The notes under the pieces are model-generated. The model saw only the letters and a program-made list of their open reading frames with translations. It did no database searches and was not told the origin of the DNA. Shown here piece by piece: positions 32,581-42,023 of a stretch of DNA of 64,000 bases (position 1 is the stretch's first letter; the number at the start of each line of letters is the position of its first letter). The position numbers were made by a program, and so were the translations under genes. Location: contig CAXWPJ010000009.1 of NCBI GenBank assembly GCA_963664115.2, positions 896,001 to 960,000 of the forward strand, in the 5' to 3' direction. Origin of the DNA: Terriglobia bacterium (GTDB lineage: Bacteria > Acidobacteriota > Terriglobia > 20CM-2-55-15).

Positions 32581-33393
32581 ATGAGGCAGTGCCCGATTTC
32601 ACTCATTCGACGCGTGTCCGCATTGGGTGCGGTGGTCATGGTGGCCACGCTTGCTGCGGCACAGCAGAGCGCCCCCCCCGATTTGACCGGCCTTTACCTG
32701 TCGTTTCCAGGTGGGGGTACCCAGCCGGACGGGGACTTGACCTCCAGGCTCGTTTCAGGAAGCGAGTTGATTCTGACCCCTTACGGCGCGGATCGCTATC
32801 GGAATATGGATGTGGGCCCGGGGGATCCGGGAGCGCAGTGCCTGCCAGGAGGGCCGCTGCGCGGACTGTGGGGACTCGGGAACCCATTCCTGATCGTCCA
32901 ACACCCGAATATCATCGTCATCAACTTCGAGACCCAGGGCGGCCCCCGCTTGATTTACACGGACGGCCGGGACCACCCCGGAGATATTCATGAACATCCG
33001 GAATTCTTTGGTAATTCAATCGGACGATGGGAGGGAGACACACTCGTCGTAGACACGATCGCTGTGGACGAACGGATCTGGCTTGACCCCTCCGGCCACG
33101 AGCACAGCGATCAACTGCGCATTACCGAGCGGTTCACGAAGACCGGTCCGAATACGATTGCGTGGGAAGCGACGATCGAGGACCCCGTGTTTTTCGTTCA
33201 ACCGTTCACGGTCAGCCGGACTTTCGAACGGCAGATCGGCGAGCGCCGCGACCGTATGCTGTCGTTTTCTTGCGTGGACAACGAGAACGATCTGGATTAC
33301 ATGGTGCCTGAAAAGGGAGGGACTGGGCACCCGCTGATGATGGGTACCGACGGCAGTGTGACCCGGTGGGACCGTCCCGATCCTTTTCAGTGA
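32581..33393 (+). CDS. Secreted DUF6152-partner family protein
   Basis: DLTG, CLPGG, GNSIGRWEGDTLVVDT, HSDQLRITERF. Confidence 0.75.
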   Translation: MRQCPISLIRRVSALGAVVMVATLAAAQQSAPPDLTGLYLSFPGGGTQPDGDLTSRLVSGSELILTPYGADRYRNMDVGPGDPGAQCLPGGPLRGLWGLGNPFLIVQHPNIIVINFETQGGPRLIYTDGRDHPGDIHEHPEFFGNSIGRWEGDTLVVDTIAVDERIWLDPSGHEHSDQLRITERFTKTGPNTIAWEATIEDPVFFVQPFTVSRTFERQIGERRDRMLSFSCVDNENDLDYMVPEKGGTGHPLMMGTDGSVTRWDRPDPFQ

Positions 33394-33446
33394 AGGCTCA
33401 GGCGTTGGAGGCTTGACGACGGGGCATGCGGGATTCGCGCTGCGAC

Positions 33447-33833
33447 TCACAGGCCGTCGTCCGAACCGACAAAGACTTCCCGGCCATCGGCGAAGGTCAC
33501 CCTCCTGCCGTTGATGTGGTTTAGCCCCGGCATTCGCGCCAGGAAACCCGTAACGGTTATTTCATTTCCGATCTGTAGCGAATCCTTGCTTACTCCGCTT
33601 CTGTAGAAGCCATTCACCGACCCGTTTTCGATGGCGTAGTTCGTCACGTTCCCAGCCTCATTCGTCACATCGATATAGAAATAGATGTGGGGGTTCTTCC
33701 ACTCTACCCTCGTGACCGCCCCCGTTACCGTGATCGGCTTGTTGGAATCGTACTTTGCCGAGGCATTGTGGTGGGCTGACGCTGAACCCACTGTCATGAC
33801 ACAGAGAAATACTCCAAGCAAGAAACGTGACAT
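33447..33833 (-). CDS. DUF6152-like secreted protein
   Basis: SAHHNASAKYD..TGAVTRVEWKNPH. Confidence 0.78.
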   Translation of the reverse strand: MSRFLLGVFLCVMTVGSASAHHNASAKYDSNKPITVTGAVTRVEWKNPHIYFYIDVTNEAGNVTNYAIENGSVNGFYRSGVSKDSLQIGNEITVTGFLARMPGLNHINGRRVTFADGREVFVGSDDGL

Positions 33834-34022
33834 CTTTACACCCCCGGACCTTTGAGTTCTCAATCGAATAATTTGTCGAAGCATAAGAGCAACCCGTTGG
33901 GCCTGTCAAGGTCAGAAACTGGTTCCAGCGCCTGCGTGTTTAGCCGGTGGAACCGGGTTGAGAGCGAGTGGCGGATAAGCGGTTCATCGCGCCAAGCAAA
34001 GCTTGGGAAAGGGGAATTCGAT

Positions 34023-34320
34023 GTGAGCCGATGAAACCTTTCGAAAGGAATCTAACTGGTGACAGTCCAGTCCGGCCAAAGCCGTAGCGGGCAGGCCGGT
34101 AGCGAGTCTTGCCTGCGGCGGGTGACCGGCGGGAGAGAAGCGTAGACAGCGAGGGAGTGGGCCGCGAGGATTCAGCTCCGAAATTTATCAGGTTGCGGAT
34201 GCCGAAACTTTTGTTTTGGTCGAAGGCTGTATCCGGATGACCGATACGCTAGCTTGTCGGGAGCCGCCGGAGTCTCTAGCCCGGGGCACGCTTCCACAGG
34301 GATTCCTATGAAACTCCAGA
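34023..34320 (+). mobile_element. Possible group II intron 5' (domain I) fragment
   Basis: GTGAG start, ACTGGTGACAGTCCAGT hairpin, GTAGCGAGTCTTGC..AAGCGTAGACAG, GCCGA..GAAGGC motifs; no RT or domain V. Confidence 0.45.
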
Positions 34321-34440
34321 ATCTAGTGCCTCATTCTCGACCAGGGAATAGCCAAACTCTTTGGCACGGCGGGACAGGTTGTGGAGGCGGATAAGCGGTA
34401 CAAGCAGGGTCTGACGACTATGGCAAAACCACGCGCTTGC

Positions 34441-34497
34441 ATCAACATCGTCCTGAACTGGTTTGAAGAACTGAAGGAACGGGTGCCGGTTCCCTGA
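34441..34497 (+). pseudogene. Kinase tail INIVLNWFEELKERVPVP*
   Basis: Direct translation. Confidence 0.88.
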
Positions 34498-34503
34498 TTT
34501 TGA

Positions 34504-34543
34504 GGGTCAATTCCTGATATATCCTCTTCCCAGAGGTTGAGAT
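34504..34543 (+). repeat. 40-bp site, forward, degenerate
   Basis: GGGTCAATTCCTGATAT-ATCCTC-TTCCCAGAGGTTGAGAT. Confidence 0.65.
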
Positions 34544-34976
34544 CCTACCTGCTGAGTAAATGGCCCACATAACTGTAATTCCCTACGCTCGTGATACTCT
34601 TCCGGCAAGTATTCCAACTTCGACTACGTCTTTTTAGATCAAGGGCAGCAAGCACCTCACACTGGTTATGAGGACAACGAGATGAAGTTTTCGCTCCCCC
34701 ACAAACGAGCTGTCGTTGGCCATTCGCTCACTGTGAAAGTCCAAGCGGAGGGGGATTAACGGATCACCCTAAACAGCTCTAATAGAGAATACAAAAGAGG
34801 GTGTACGAAGGGCCAACACCCACCCCCGGGGCCAAATGGTTCTAGGCGAGGTTCGCAGGTGAGAGTGGTTTGTTTCCTGCCACAGTTTCTGCCACAGAAT
34901 AGCCCAAGCAGCAGGTAAAACGAGGTGACACCAACCAGCTAAACGTTTGAGAGGGAAGAGCGAGCCATTATCAACT

Positions 34977-35019
34977 TGGTTTTCGAGACCACCGCCTTCG
35001 ACCGCTCGGCCATTCCTCC
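34977..35019 (-). tRNA. 5' half of tRNA-Ser(CGA), truncated (att-like remnant)
   Basis: GGAGGAATGGCCGAGCGGTCGAAGGCGGTGGTCTCGAAAACCA has D arm and anticodon arm, but no T arm. Confidence 0.75.
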
Positions 35020-35213
35020 GTGGGGACAGCTTATCACGTAAGGCGTCTGTTTTCTGTTACTTAATCGTTACCTTCAAACGACGTCACATGACGAGGTCAT
35101 TAATTAGGCGATCTGTTTCATTCATTGTTTATTGAATCCCGCGGGTTTGATACTTTGCCTGATTAAACCCGATCATATTCCATTCAATTGAAATTATTAC
35201 AAGAGGTATTCAC

Positions 35214-36011
35214 TTGGCTGAAGTCACGGTTTCGACCGGCAACCTGATCTCGTATCACGACAGCGGCAACGGCACGCCGATCCTGTTTTTGCACAGCTTT
35301 GGTCATAACAAGAATATGTGGTTTCCGCAGCTCACGCATTTCGTCGAGCTCGGCTATCGCGTCATCGCGCCAGACATGCCGGGCCACGGCAACTCGGCCT
35401 TCGATCCCGGCAATCATACTGTCGATGCAATCGGCGGCATGTACGGAGAATTTCTCGACCAGCTCGGCGTCGGCAAAGCGATCGTGGTGGGTATTTCCAT
35501 TGGCGGTTACATTGCGCTGCGCATGTGGGCGCGCCGTCCGGAGCAGATATCGGGCCTGGTTATGATCTGCAGCAAGGCCGACGCCGACAGCGATGAGATC
35601 AAGGAAAGGCGCCGGGCCCAGATTGAGAATATTCATACGAACGGCCTCGAGAACTTCGTTATTACGGGCGCACCCAAACGGGTCGCGCCAAAGACCGCTC
35701 GCGATCGGCCCTGGATCGTCGACTGGATCAAGATGATGAACTTTACCGTCAGTGCCGAGGCCAACGCGGCCACACTCGAGGCTATGGCGATCAAAGAAGA
35801 CGATACCGAGACATTGCAGACGATCGACGTGCCGGCGCTGATCCTCTCGGGCAGTGACGATATCTTCATTCCCAAAGACTCGCCGCATAGTCTCAATAAC
35901 GGCATCAAAAACTCGGTGCATCATGTCATCCAGGATGCCGGGCATGTCGCAAACCTGGAAAATCCGACTGCGGTAAACGAGTACATCGAAGATTTTCTAA
36001 AAACATTATGA
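35214..36011 (+). CDS. Alpha/beta hydrolase (PcaD-like)
   Basis: PDMPGHG, GISIGG nucleophile, AGH. Confidence 0.88.
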   Translation: MAEVTVSTGNLISYHDSGNGTPILFLHSFGHNKNMWFPQLTHFVELGYRVIAPDMPGHGNSAFDPGNHTVDAIGGMYGEFLDQLGVGKAIVVGISIGGYIALRMWARRPEQISGLVMICSKADADSDEIKERRRAQIENIHTNGLENFVITGAPKRVAPKTARDRPWIVDWIKMMNFTVSAEANAATLEAMAIKEDDTETLQTIDVPALILSGSDDIFIPKDSPHSLNNGIKNSVHHVIQDAGHVANLENPTAVNEYIEDFLKTL

Positions 36012-36048
36012 TATTAGCTGTAGCCGGTTAAGCAGAACGAGGTGCACT

Positions 36049-36984
36049 TTGAAACTGCTCACGTTTACGACCACACAACATTCGGCCCGGAAACTCGGCG
36101 CACATTTCGAAGGCAATATGATTGTCGACCTGGCTCGCGCCTACGAGGTGTATTGCGATGCGCGAGCACCGGATTGGTTTGACTCGGTTAGCAATCTGCT
36201 GAAAGGCGGCGACCGCGCGATGGCGCTGGCGCAGGAGATTCACGATCTCGCAAGCGGTAAAACCATTGCCGACGACTCCGTATTCCTGAGCATGGACGAC
36301 ATTGTCTTTCATCCGCCCGCGGGGGACAGCGCAAAGATTCTTTGCGTGACCATGAACTACAGCTCCCATGCCAAGGCGAGCGGTACTAAGCAATCCACCG
36401 AGCCCTATTTCTTTGTCAAGATGCCAACGCTGATGACGCCGCATCGGGCACCGATCTGCCACTCGAAAACGTCTGAGAAGCATGACAGCGAAATCGAACT
36501 CGCCGTCATTATCGGCAAACGTGGCAAATACATCTCCCGCGACGATGCATTTGACTACATTGCCGGCTACGCGATTATTAATGACTTCAGTTTCCGCGAT
36601 CGCCGATCGCTGTCTGAAGACCCTAATTCAGCGCGGCTGCACTGGTTTACGCTGAAAAACCTCGACAACGCGGCTCCGATCGGTCCGTGGCTCGTGACCA
36701 AGGACGAGATTCCTGACCCGTACGATCTGGAGATCACCTTGACGCTGGATAATGAGCCCGAGCTCAAACAAAGCGCCTCGACAGAGGGCATGATGCACAG
36801 AATCGAGGATCTCGTCATGTACGCGTCCAACGGACTGACGCTGGAACCCGGCGATGTTATCGCCACGGGCACACCGCATGATGTAGCGTTCGGCCAGCAA
36901 CGTTTCCTGCAAGACGGCGATATTCTCCGCGCCGAGATTTCAAAGATCGGCGCCCTTGTTAATCCGATCCGGAGCGAGGATTGA
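36049..36984 (+). CDS. Fumarylacetoacetate hydrolase family protein
   Basis: DSEIELAVIIGK, NDFSFRD, PGDVIATGTP. Confidence 0.9.
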   Translation: MKLLTFTTTQHSARKLGAHFEGNMIVDLARAYEVYCDARAPDWFDSVSNLLKGGDRAMALAQEIHDLASGKTIADDSVFLSMDDIVFHPPAGDSAKILCVTMNYSSHAKASGTKQSTEPYFFVKMPTLMTPHRAPICHSKTSEKHDSEIELAVIIGKRGKYISRDDAFDYIAGYAIINDFSFRDRRSLSEDPNSARLHWFTLKNLDNAAPIGPWLVTKDEIPDPYDLEITLTLDNEPELKQSASTEGMMHRIEDLVMYASNGLTLEPGDVIATGTPHDVAFGQQRFLQDGDILRAEISKIGALVNPIRSED

Positions 36985-36988
36985 GGCG

Positions 36989-38116
36989 ATGAGCGCTACA
37001 CCCGAACTCTCTCGAGAAGCTTTCATTGAGGACCTGATTGCCAACAATTTCACGACGTATTTTGTCGCGACGCACTGGAAGTCCGCTAACAGCAATCCGG
37101 CATTTCGTTTCACACCAAGCCCCGTCAGCATCGCCGTGCCCTATTCCTGGTCGTATAGCGATGCCAGGCAACGGCTGATGAGCCTGAGTTCACTTCTGAC
37201 TACGGAAGAGGCCGAACGGCGAAACATTAATTTTGTAAATCCAGCGCTTAAGGACTTCATGCCCGCCGCTGCATTACCGACGTTGCGCGGCGGTATTCAG
37301 TTGTTGTTACCCGATGAACAGGCGTACTCGCATCGGCACACCGCGAATGCATTCCGCCTGGTTTTCGAGGCATCCGAGTCCGGCGCGTACACCAACGTCG
37401 GAGGTAATCGGCTACCAATGTCGATGGGTGACTTGATACTGACACCCAACTGGACCTGGCACGACCATCACAATGAAGGTGATGCCCGCGTCATCTGGTA
37501 CGACGGTCTCGATGTGCCCCTGGCGCATTGGATTGGAGGCGTGTTTGCTGAAGAGATGCTTGACGTGACAGGCGAGAAGCACCAGGCAATCACGCACGAG
37601 GCGAATGCCGTAACGGACAATTTCGGCCCGGGCATGATCCATCGCAAGAAAATGTCCCCGGACAATATTCCGGCATCCAACAATCCCCTGATTTATTATC
37701 CCTACAGCAAGGCGCGGGCCTCGCTCGCCGACCTGGCTGCGCAAGGTGCCGGGGATCCGCACGAGGGCGTAGTCGTCGAGTACGTGAACCCGGTGACCGG
37801 TGGCCCGACTTTCCCCACCATGGGGACATCGCTACGACTGATTAAGGAACAGTCAACTGTCGAGGCAATGCACAGAACGGAAAACATATTATTCATTACG
37901 ATGGAAGGGTCGGTGACCTTTCATCTTCCCGACGGTGAAAAGTTCACAACCGAACCGCATGACGTCACCGCAATGCCATCGTGGGTGCCGTACAGCATCA
38001 CCAACAAAAGCGATACACCGGCCGTGCTGTTTTCACAGACTGACCGCCCGGTATTTGAAGCGCTAGGGTTTTATCGGGAACAGAAAGTCCGAGTCACATT
38101 TACAGAGTTGAGCTAA
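36989..38116 (+). CDS. Gentisate 1,2-dioxygenase-like bicupin
   Basis: AERR..NP, HRHTANAFR, TPNWTWHDH, DGLDVP, EYVNPVTGGP. Confidence 0.85.
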   Translation: MSATPELSREAFIEDLIANNFTTYFVATHWKSANSNPAFRFTPSPVSIAVPYSWSYSDARQRLMSLSSLLTTEEAERRNINFVNPALKDFMPAAALPTLRGGIQLLLPDEQAYSHRHTANAFRLVFEASESGAYTNVGGNRLPMSMGDLILTPNWTWHDHHNEGDARVIWYDGLDVPLAHWIGGVFAEEMLDVTGEKHQAITHEANAVTDNFGPGMIHRKKMSPDNIPASNNPLIYYPYSKARASLADLAAQGAGDPHEGVVVEYVNPVTGGPTFPTMGTSLRLIKEQSTVEAMHRTENILFITMEGSVTFHLPDGEKFTTEPHDVTAMPSWVPYSITNKSDTPAVLFSQTDRPVFEALGFYREQKVRVTFTELS

Positions 38117-38270
38117 ATCAGGCGTAATCAGGAGGCCGCCGGTGAGATCTTGGATTCTCCAGAAGGTCACCGGCAACGGCGGCACGGTGGACTTCATGAT
38201 GCAGGAGACCGCTAAATGCCCTAACTGCAAGCAAACACTGACTGATAAGACCCTGATCGAGCCAAAGTGA

Positions 38271-38310
38271 TTCTCAACGTCCGACAAAATCGTTTATCAG
38301 GACCTGAGAA
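38271..38310 (-). repeat. 40-bp site, reverse
   Basis: Top strand TTCTCAACGTCCGACAA-AATCGT-TTATCAGGACCTGAGAA. Confidence 0.88.
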
Positions 38311-38399
38311 TTTGAGTTGAGCTTCTGATTGCTTACAAACCCCTCCCTTAGTATTCTTTACCGAGTTTTTCACGGTTCAACTAGCAACACACTATAACG

Positions 38400-38477
38400 A
38401 TGGAATCCGGCACCAAACTCGGCCACTACGAGATCCTCTCTCCGCTCGGCAAAGGCGGTATGGGGAAAGTGTGGAAG
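38400..38477 (+). pseudogene. Kinase N-terminal stub MESGTKLGHYEILSPLGKGGMGKVWK
   Basis: Includes the Gly-rich loop, then unrelated sequence. Confidence 0.9.
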
Positions 38478-38790
38478 ACCAATCAATCCGGGCAACGTTG
38501 GAGGTGTCTGGTCCGACGGTGGGTTACGGCGGCTTTGCGCCGTATGCTAGGAGCATTACGGAAGCGTGCGGTCCGGGAGAGACGTAACGGCAACGATAAT
38601 CGAGCTGCGTTGACAGATACTCTAGATGGTTCTATTTTGAGGCAATCCACTCGATCCCGATGACTGATAGGGTAAATTTTGTGGAGATCTACGTCGGCAT
38701 CTCTTCGGGAGCATGGAACGATGGACTGGGACACGGCTCCTGGTTCTAAGGCCAGTCTCGTAGTTGGAACCTTTTTTCAAATAGGGGGCT

Positions 38791-39201
38791 ATGATGAAGA
38801 AGCTGGGCACATTTTTCGCCTTGGTCGCGGGCATGGCGATCATCGCCGGGCCGCTATTCGCACATCACGGTACGGGAATTTCGTACGAATTGGACGCGCC
38901 ACTCCTCACGATGAAGGGCACAGTCACGGAATTTGCGTGGCGTAATCCTCATGTGACAATTTTTCTCGACGTAACGGAGGACAACGGCGATGTCGTTAGT
39001 TGGGCATTCGAACACAGCAACATAGCCAATCTAGCCAGGCAGGGGTATCACAGGAATACGTTGCAGGCTGGCCAAGAAGTCACCGTCGTTGGCCATCCTT
39101 CGAAATCAGGCGCGCCCGTTGGGCTTACGGTAGATGTCATACTTGCCGACGGGAGCAAAATACTCCAGAGGAGACAGGCGGGCGCTCCTCCTAGAAACTA
39201 A
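38791..39201 (+). CDS. DUF6152-like secreted protein
   Basis: FAHHGTGISY..KGTVTEFAWRNPH; paralog of 13172. Confidence 0.78.
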   Translation: MMKKLGTFFALVAGMAIIAGPLFAHHGTGISYELDAPLLTMKGTVTEFAWRNPHVTIFLDVTEDNGDVVSWAFEHSNIANLARQGYHRNTLQAGQEVTVVGHPSKSGAPVGLTVDVILADGSKILQRRQAGAPPRN

Positions 39202-39243
39202 AAATTGAGGACGCGACGCAGAGAGTTGCGTAGGAGGATCAGA

Positions 39244-40107
39244 ATGCCGAATCTTTTCGTGGGCGTGCTGCTGTGGGTACTTTTTCTTCCGTCGCCAGCG
39301 TTCTCCGGCCACCCGGAGGGACAAGAACCGGGAACCGAGGGAGCTGCGAGTCAATTCGATCCACGTGATTTTTCGGGAATCTATATGCGGCGGGGCGGAG
39401 ACCGTGGCCTTAGCGCGGATATTCCTCCCATGACGCCGGAAGGTGAGGCAAGGCTCGACGACAACAGACCTGCCCGCGGAATCCCATTAGGCGACCCGCT
39501 GAACGGGGAACATCCCGGCCGCGCGAGGGCCGTTGTACCTGCGCTTTCAAACGATCCCATGATGGAGTGTAATCCGCAGGGTTTTCCTCGCCTCCTTCTC
39601 GATCCGGAGCTCGTCGAATTCGCTCACCTTGAGAGGCGGCTTCTGCAAATCTTCAACTGGGAAAACAGGATGCGCGAAGTCTGGCTGGACGGGCGAGAAG
39701 TGCCTTCGGGTGAGAACCTTGATAACCTGGGGCTGGCGTGGTACGGACACTCGGTTGGCGAATGGCAGGGAGACACCCTGGTTGTCCACACGGTCGGTCT
39801 TGATGATAGAGCGTGGGTCGATATCTTCGGTTTTCCGAAGAGCTCCGAAGCACGATTTGAAGAGCGCTACAGGAGGATCGACGCCGATACGATAGAGCTA
39901 CAAATTACGATGTATGACCCGAAGTACTACACAGAGCCTTGGGTGTCCGACACGAAGATTTTCGAGCGGCAGCCTGCCGAGAGTTACACGTTCTTTGGGT
40001 GGTCGGGCTTGTTCTCCGGGATTATAGACGGAATCTGCGCGCCGATGAACGAGGTCGATGACTTCAACTCCAGAGTTCGAGATCCTGCGGGCCTGGGTGC
40101 CCAGTGA
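39244..40107 (+). CDS. Secreted DUF6152-partner protein
   Basis: Close paralog of 13770-14660. Confidence 0.78.
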   Translation: MPNLFVGVLLWVLFLPSPAFSGHPEGQEPGTEGAASQFDPRDFSGIYMRRGGDRGLSADIPPMTPEGEARLDDNRPARGIPLGDPLNGEHPGRARAVVPALSNDPMMECNPQGFPRLLLDPELVEFAHLERRLLQIFNWENRMREVWLDGREVPSGENLDNLGLAWYGHSVGEWQGDTLVVHTVGLDDRAWVDIFGFPKSSEARFEERYRRIDADTIELQITMYDPKYYTEPWVSDTKIFERQPAESYTFFGWSGLFSGIIDGICAPMNEVDDFNSRVRDPAGLGAQ

Positions 40108-40218
40108 TCGCGATAGAGACCAGAAGGGGTTGAGGAGACACGGGGAATTTCACCCCGAGTAACGGGTCGCCGGAAGCGATCCGCAAGATTGCCGACATCC
40201 GGGCCTGCCCTCCCGCGC

Positions 40219-40272
40219 AACATCGTCCTCAACTGGTTTGAAGAACTGAAGGCGCGGGTGCCGGTACCTTGA
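40219..40272 (+). pseudogene. Kinase tail NIVLNWFEELKARVPVP*
   Basis: Direct translation. Confidence 0.85.
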
Positions 40273-40278
40273 TTTTCA

Positions 40279-40318
40279 AGGTCAAGTCCTGAGAAATCAT
40301 CTTGTCGGACGTTGAGAA
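40279..40318 (+). repeat. 40-bp site, forward
   Basis: AGGTCAAGTCCTGAGAA-ATCATC-TTGTCGGACGTTGAGAA. Confidence 0.92.
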
Positions 40319-40611
40319 TTCACATCTCTGAATAGAAACAACCGAGTCCGACAGTCATCCCTTAAAACCAACAACTTAACGGCGAGATGTTGGAGCAAGT
40401 CGCTATCGAGTGGGTCTGACGTGGATTACGGGCTGTCAGGAGTTCGCGAAGTGCCCCAGGGAGGTTATGGAGAAGACGTGGAAGGAATAGTATGACTTAA
40501 AAACCGCTTCTTAGCAAAACGGCGCTTTTGTCCGAATTATTTTGACAACGTACAGTACTCGGACACGGGGCATGTTCGGATACATTGAAATTCTGATAGC
40601 CTCTTGGAACA

Positions 40612-41094
40612 ATGTCAAAATGGTTGATTCCAGTCCTGGTTATCCCGGTTATTACAGTGACCGTGATATGGCTTCTCGATCCAGGCTCGTCAGAAGATTT
40701 AGCGGCTGGTAGTCCGGAAGCCCGAATCGTTACGTATTTGGACGAGAATATCGCGCCAGGCCGGTTTGTGCTGGTCACGGACTTGTACAACAACGTCTTC
40801 ACGACTCCCGAGGAGCGTGAGGCATTGCAACGGCTCTACGACTCTTTGTTTGAGCTCCCAGCTTTCGCTGCCCAGGTCTACATTGAGACTGGCCGCATAC
40901 CGACAGCTCAGGACATATCGGACCACTTTGGTTTTCAGGTTCCCGGGACAACGATTGTGCTTCTTCGTGTCTTGGAATCCGATCCCCGCATTCCACCGTT
41001 TTTTGAGCGCGATCTCACTACGGGAGAAATCACACAAATCGACGTGGATGCCATCGCGGCTCACGATCGTTTTGGGCGGGCGCTTCGGAATTAG
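40612..41094 (+). CDS. Hypothetical membrane-anchored protein
   Basis: 160-aa ORF with an N-terminal hydrophobic helix. Confidence 0.6.
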   Translation: MSKWLIPVLVIPVITVTVIWLLDPGSSEDLAAGSPEARIVTYLDENIAPGRFVLVTDLYNNVFTTPEEREALQRLYDSLFELPAFAAQVYIETGRIPTAQDISDHFGFQVPGTTIVLLRVLESDPRIPPFFERDLTTGEITQIDVDAIAAHDRFGRALRN

Positions 41095-41254
41095 CATTCT
41101 GTATGGATGTCCTGACTCATCTCCTAGCTGCCACTTCCCACGGCCACAAAAGTCTTTGGCTGGAAGATATCCTTCGGTAAGCTTAGGGATCGCACCGCAG
41201 TATGCACGCGGAGCAACCGCGAAAACTCGTGTCACGAATCAGAGGAGTTAAACA

Positions 41255-41626
41255 ATGCGTTTAGGATTCTCTCTCGCAGTCGGCGTGAGCGTTCTCGCGC
41301 TGTCGCTTTTGGCCGTTCCGGCGATTGCCCACCACGGTTGGGGCGGAAACCAGAGCGAGGAATTTGAAATCACGGGCACACTTCACAGGGCCGTGAGCCT
41401 TGCCGGACCGCACGCGACAATGCAGTTGATGGTCGAAGGCCAGGTGTGGGACGTCACTTTGGCACCGCCCGCTCGCACCAGTCGTTCGGGCCTGACTGAA
41501 GACATCATTCCGGTCGGGGCCGAGGTCACGCTACATGGTCACCGCAACCGCACGAGGTTCGAGGTCAAGACCGAACGTGTGATGTGGAACGGGCAGACGT
41601 TCGCCGTATATCCCAACCGCCAGTAA
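41255..41626 (+). CDS. DUF6152-like secreted protein
   Basis: SD, signal peptide, AHHGW..GPH. Confidence 0.75.
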   Translation: MRLGFSLAVGVSVLALSLLAVPAIAHHGWGGNQSEEFEITGTLHRAVSLAGPHATMQLMVEGQVWDVTLAPPARTSRSGLTEDIIPVGAEVTLHGHRNRTRFEVKTERVMWNGQTFAVYPNRQ

Positions 41627-41939
41627 ATTACTAATTGATGGTGTGGCTGGAAGTCGCCACCTTCGACCACGCCATCTTACTCTTGCCAGACCGACCCGTA
41701 GGTGCGCTTCGCACCGCAAGTCTGACAAGCCCAAATCTCGGCCAGGATTAGCCTCTCATTATTGGCGAATCGGAAAACGATTCGGGCGAAAGTCAGATTA
41801 TCGTTGTTCAGAACTGTTACGAAAATATGGTGTAAGTCCCTCAGGATCAGTCCAGGCGTTTCGGGCCCTCTTCCGCAGTATCGGGAGCGCGAAACTGCTT
41901 ATTTTCATCATTCGCCGGGTGAGCCACACTCATGAAGTC

Positions 41940-41978
41940 TGGTTTGAAGAACTGACCGAACGGGTGCCGGTGCCATAG
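41940..41978 (+). pseudogene. Kinase tail WFEELTERVPVP*
   Basis: Direct translation. Confidence 0.8.
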
Positions 41979-41984
41979 TTTTTG

Positions 41985-42004
41985 AGTTCAAGTCCTGTTA
42001 AATC
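41985..42004 (+). repeat. Left half of a 40-bp site split by IS110
   Basis: AGTTCAAGTCCTGTTAA-ATC. Confidence 0.85.
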
Positions 42005-42023
42005 GCAGTATGAAAGGACGCCC

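Noticed and set aside
41637-41676. Second tRNA fragment
   Set aside because: It is a simple GATGGTGTGG/CCACGCCATC hairpin after a stop codon, more likely terminator-like.
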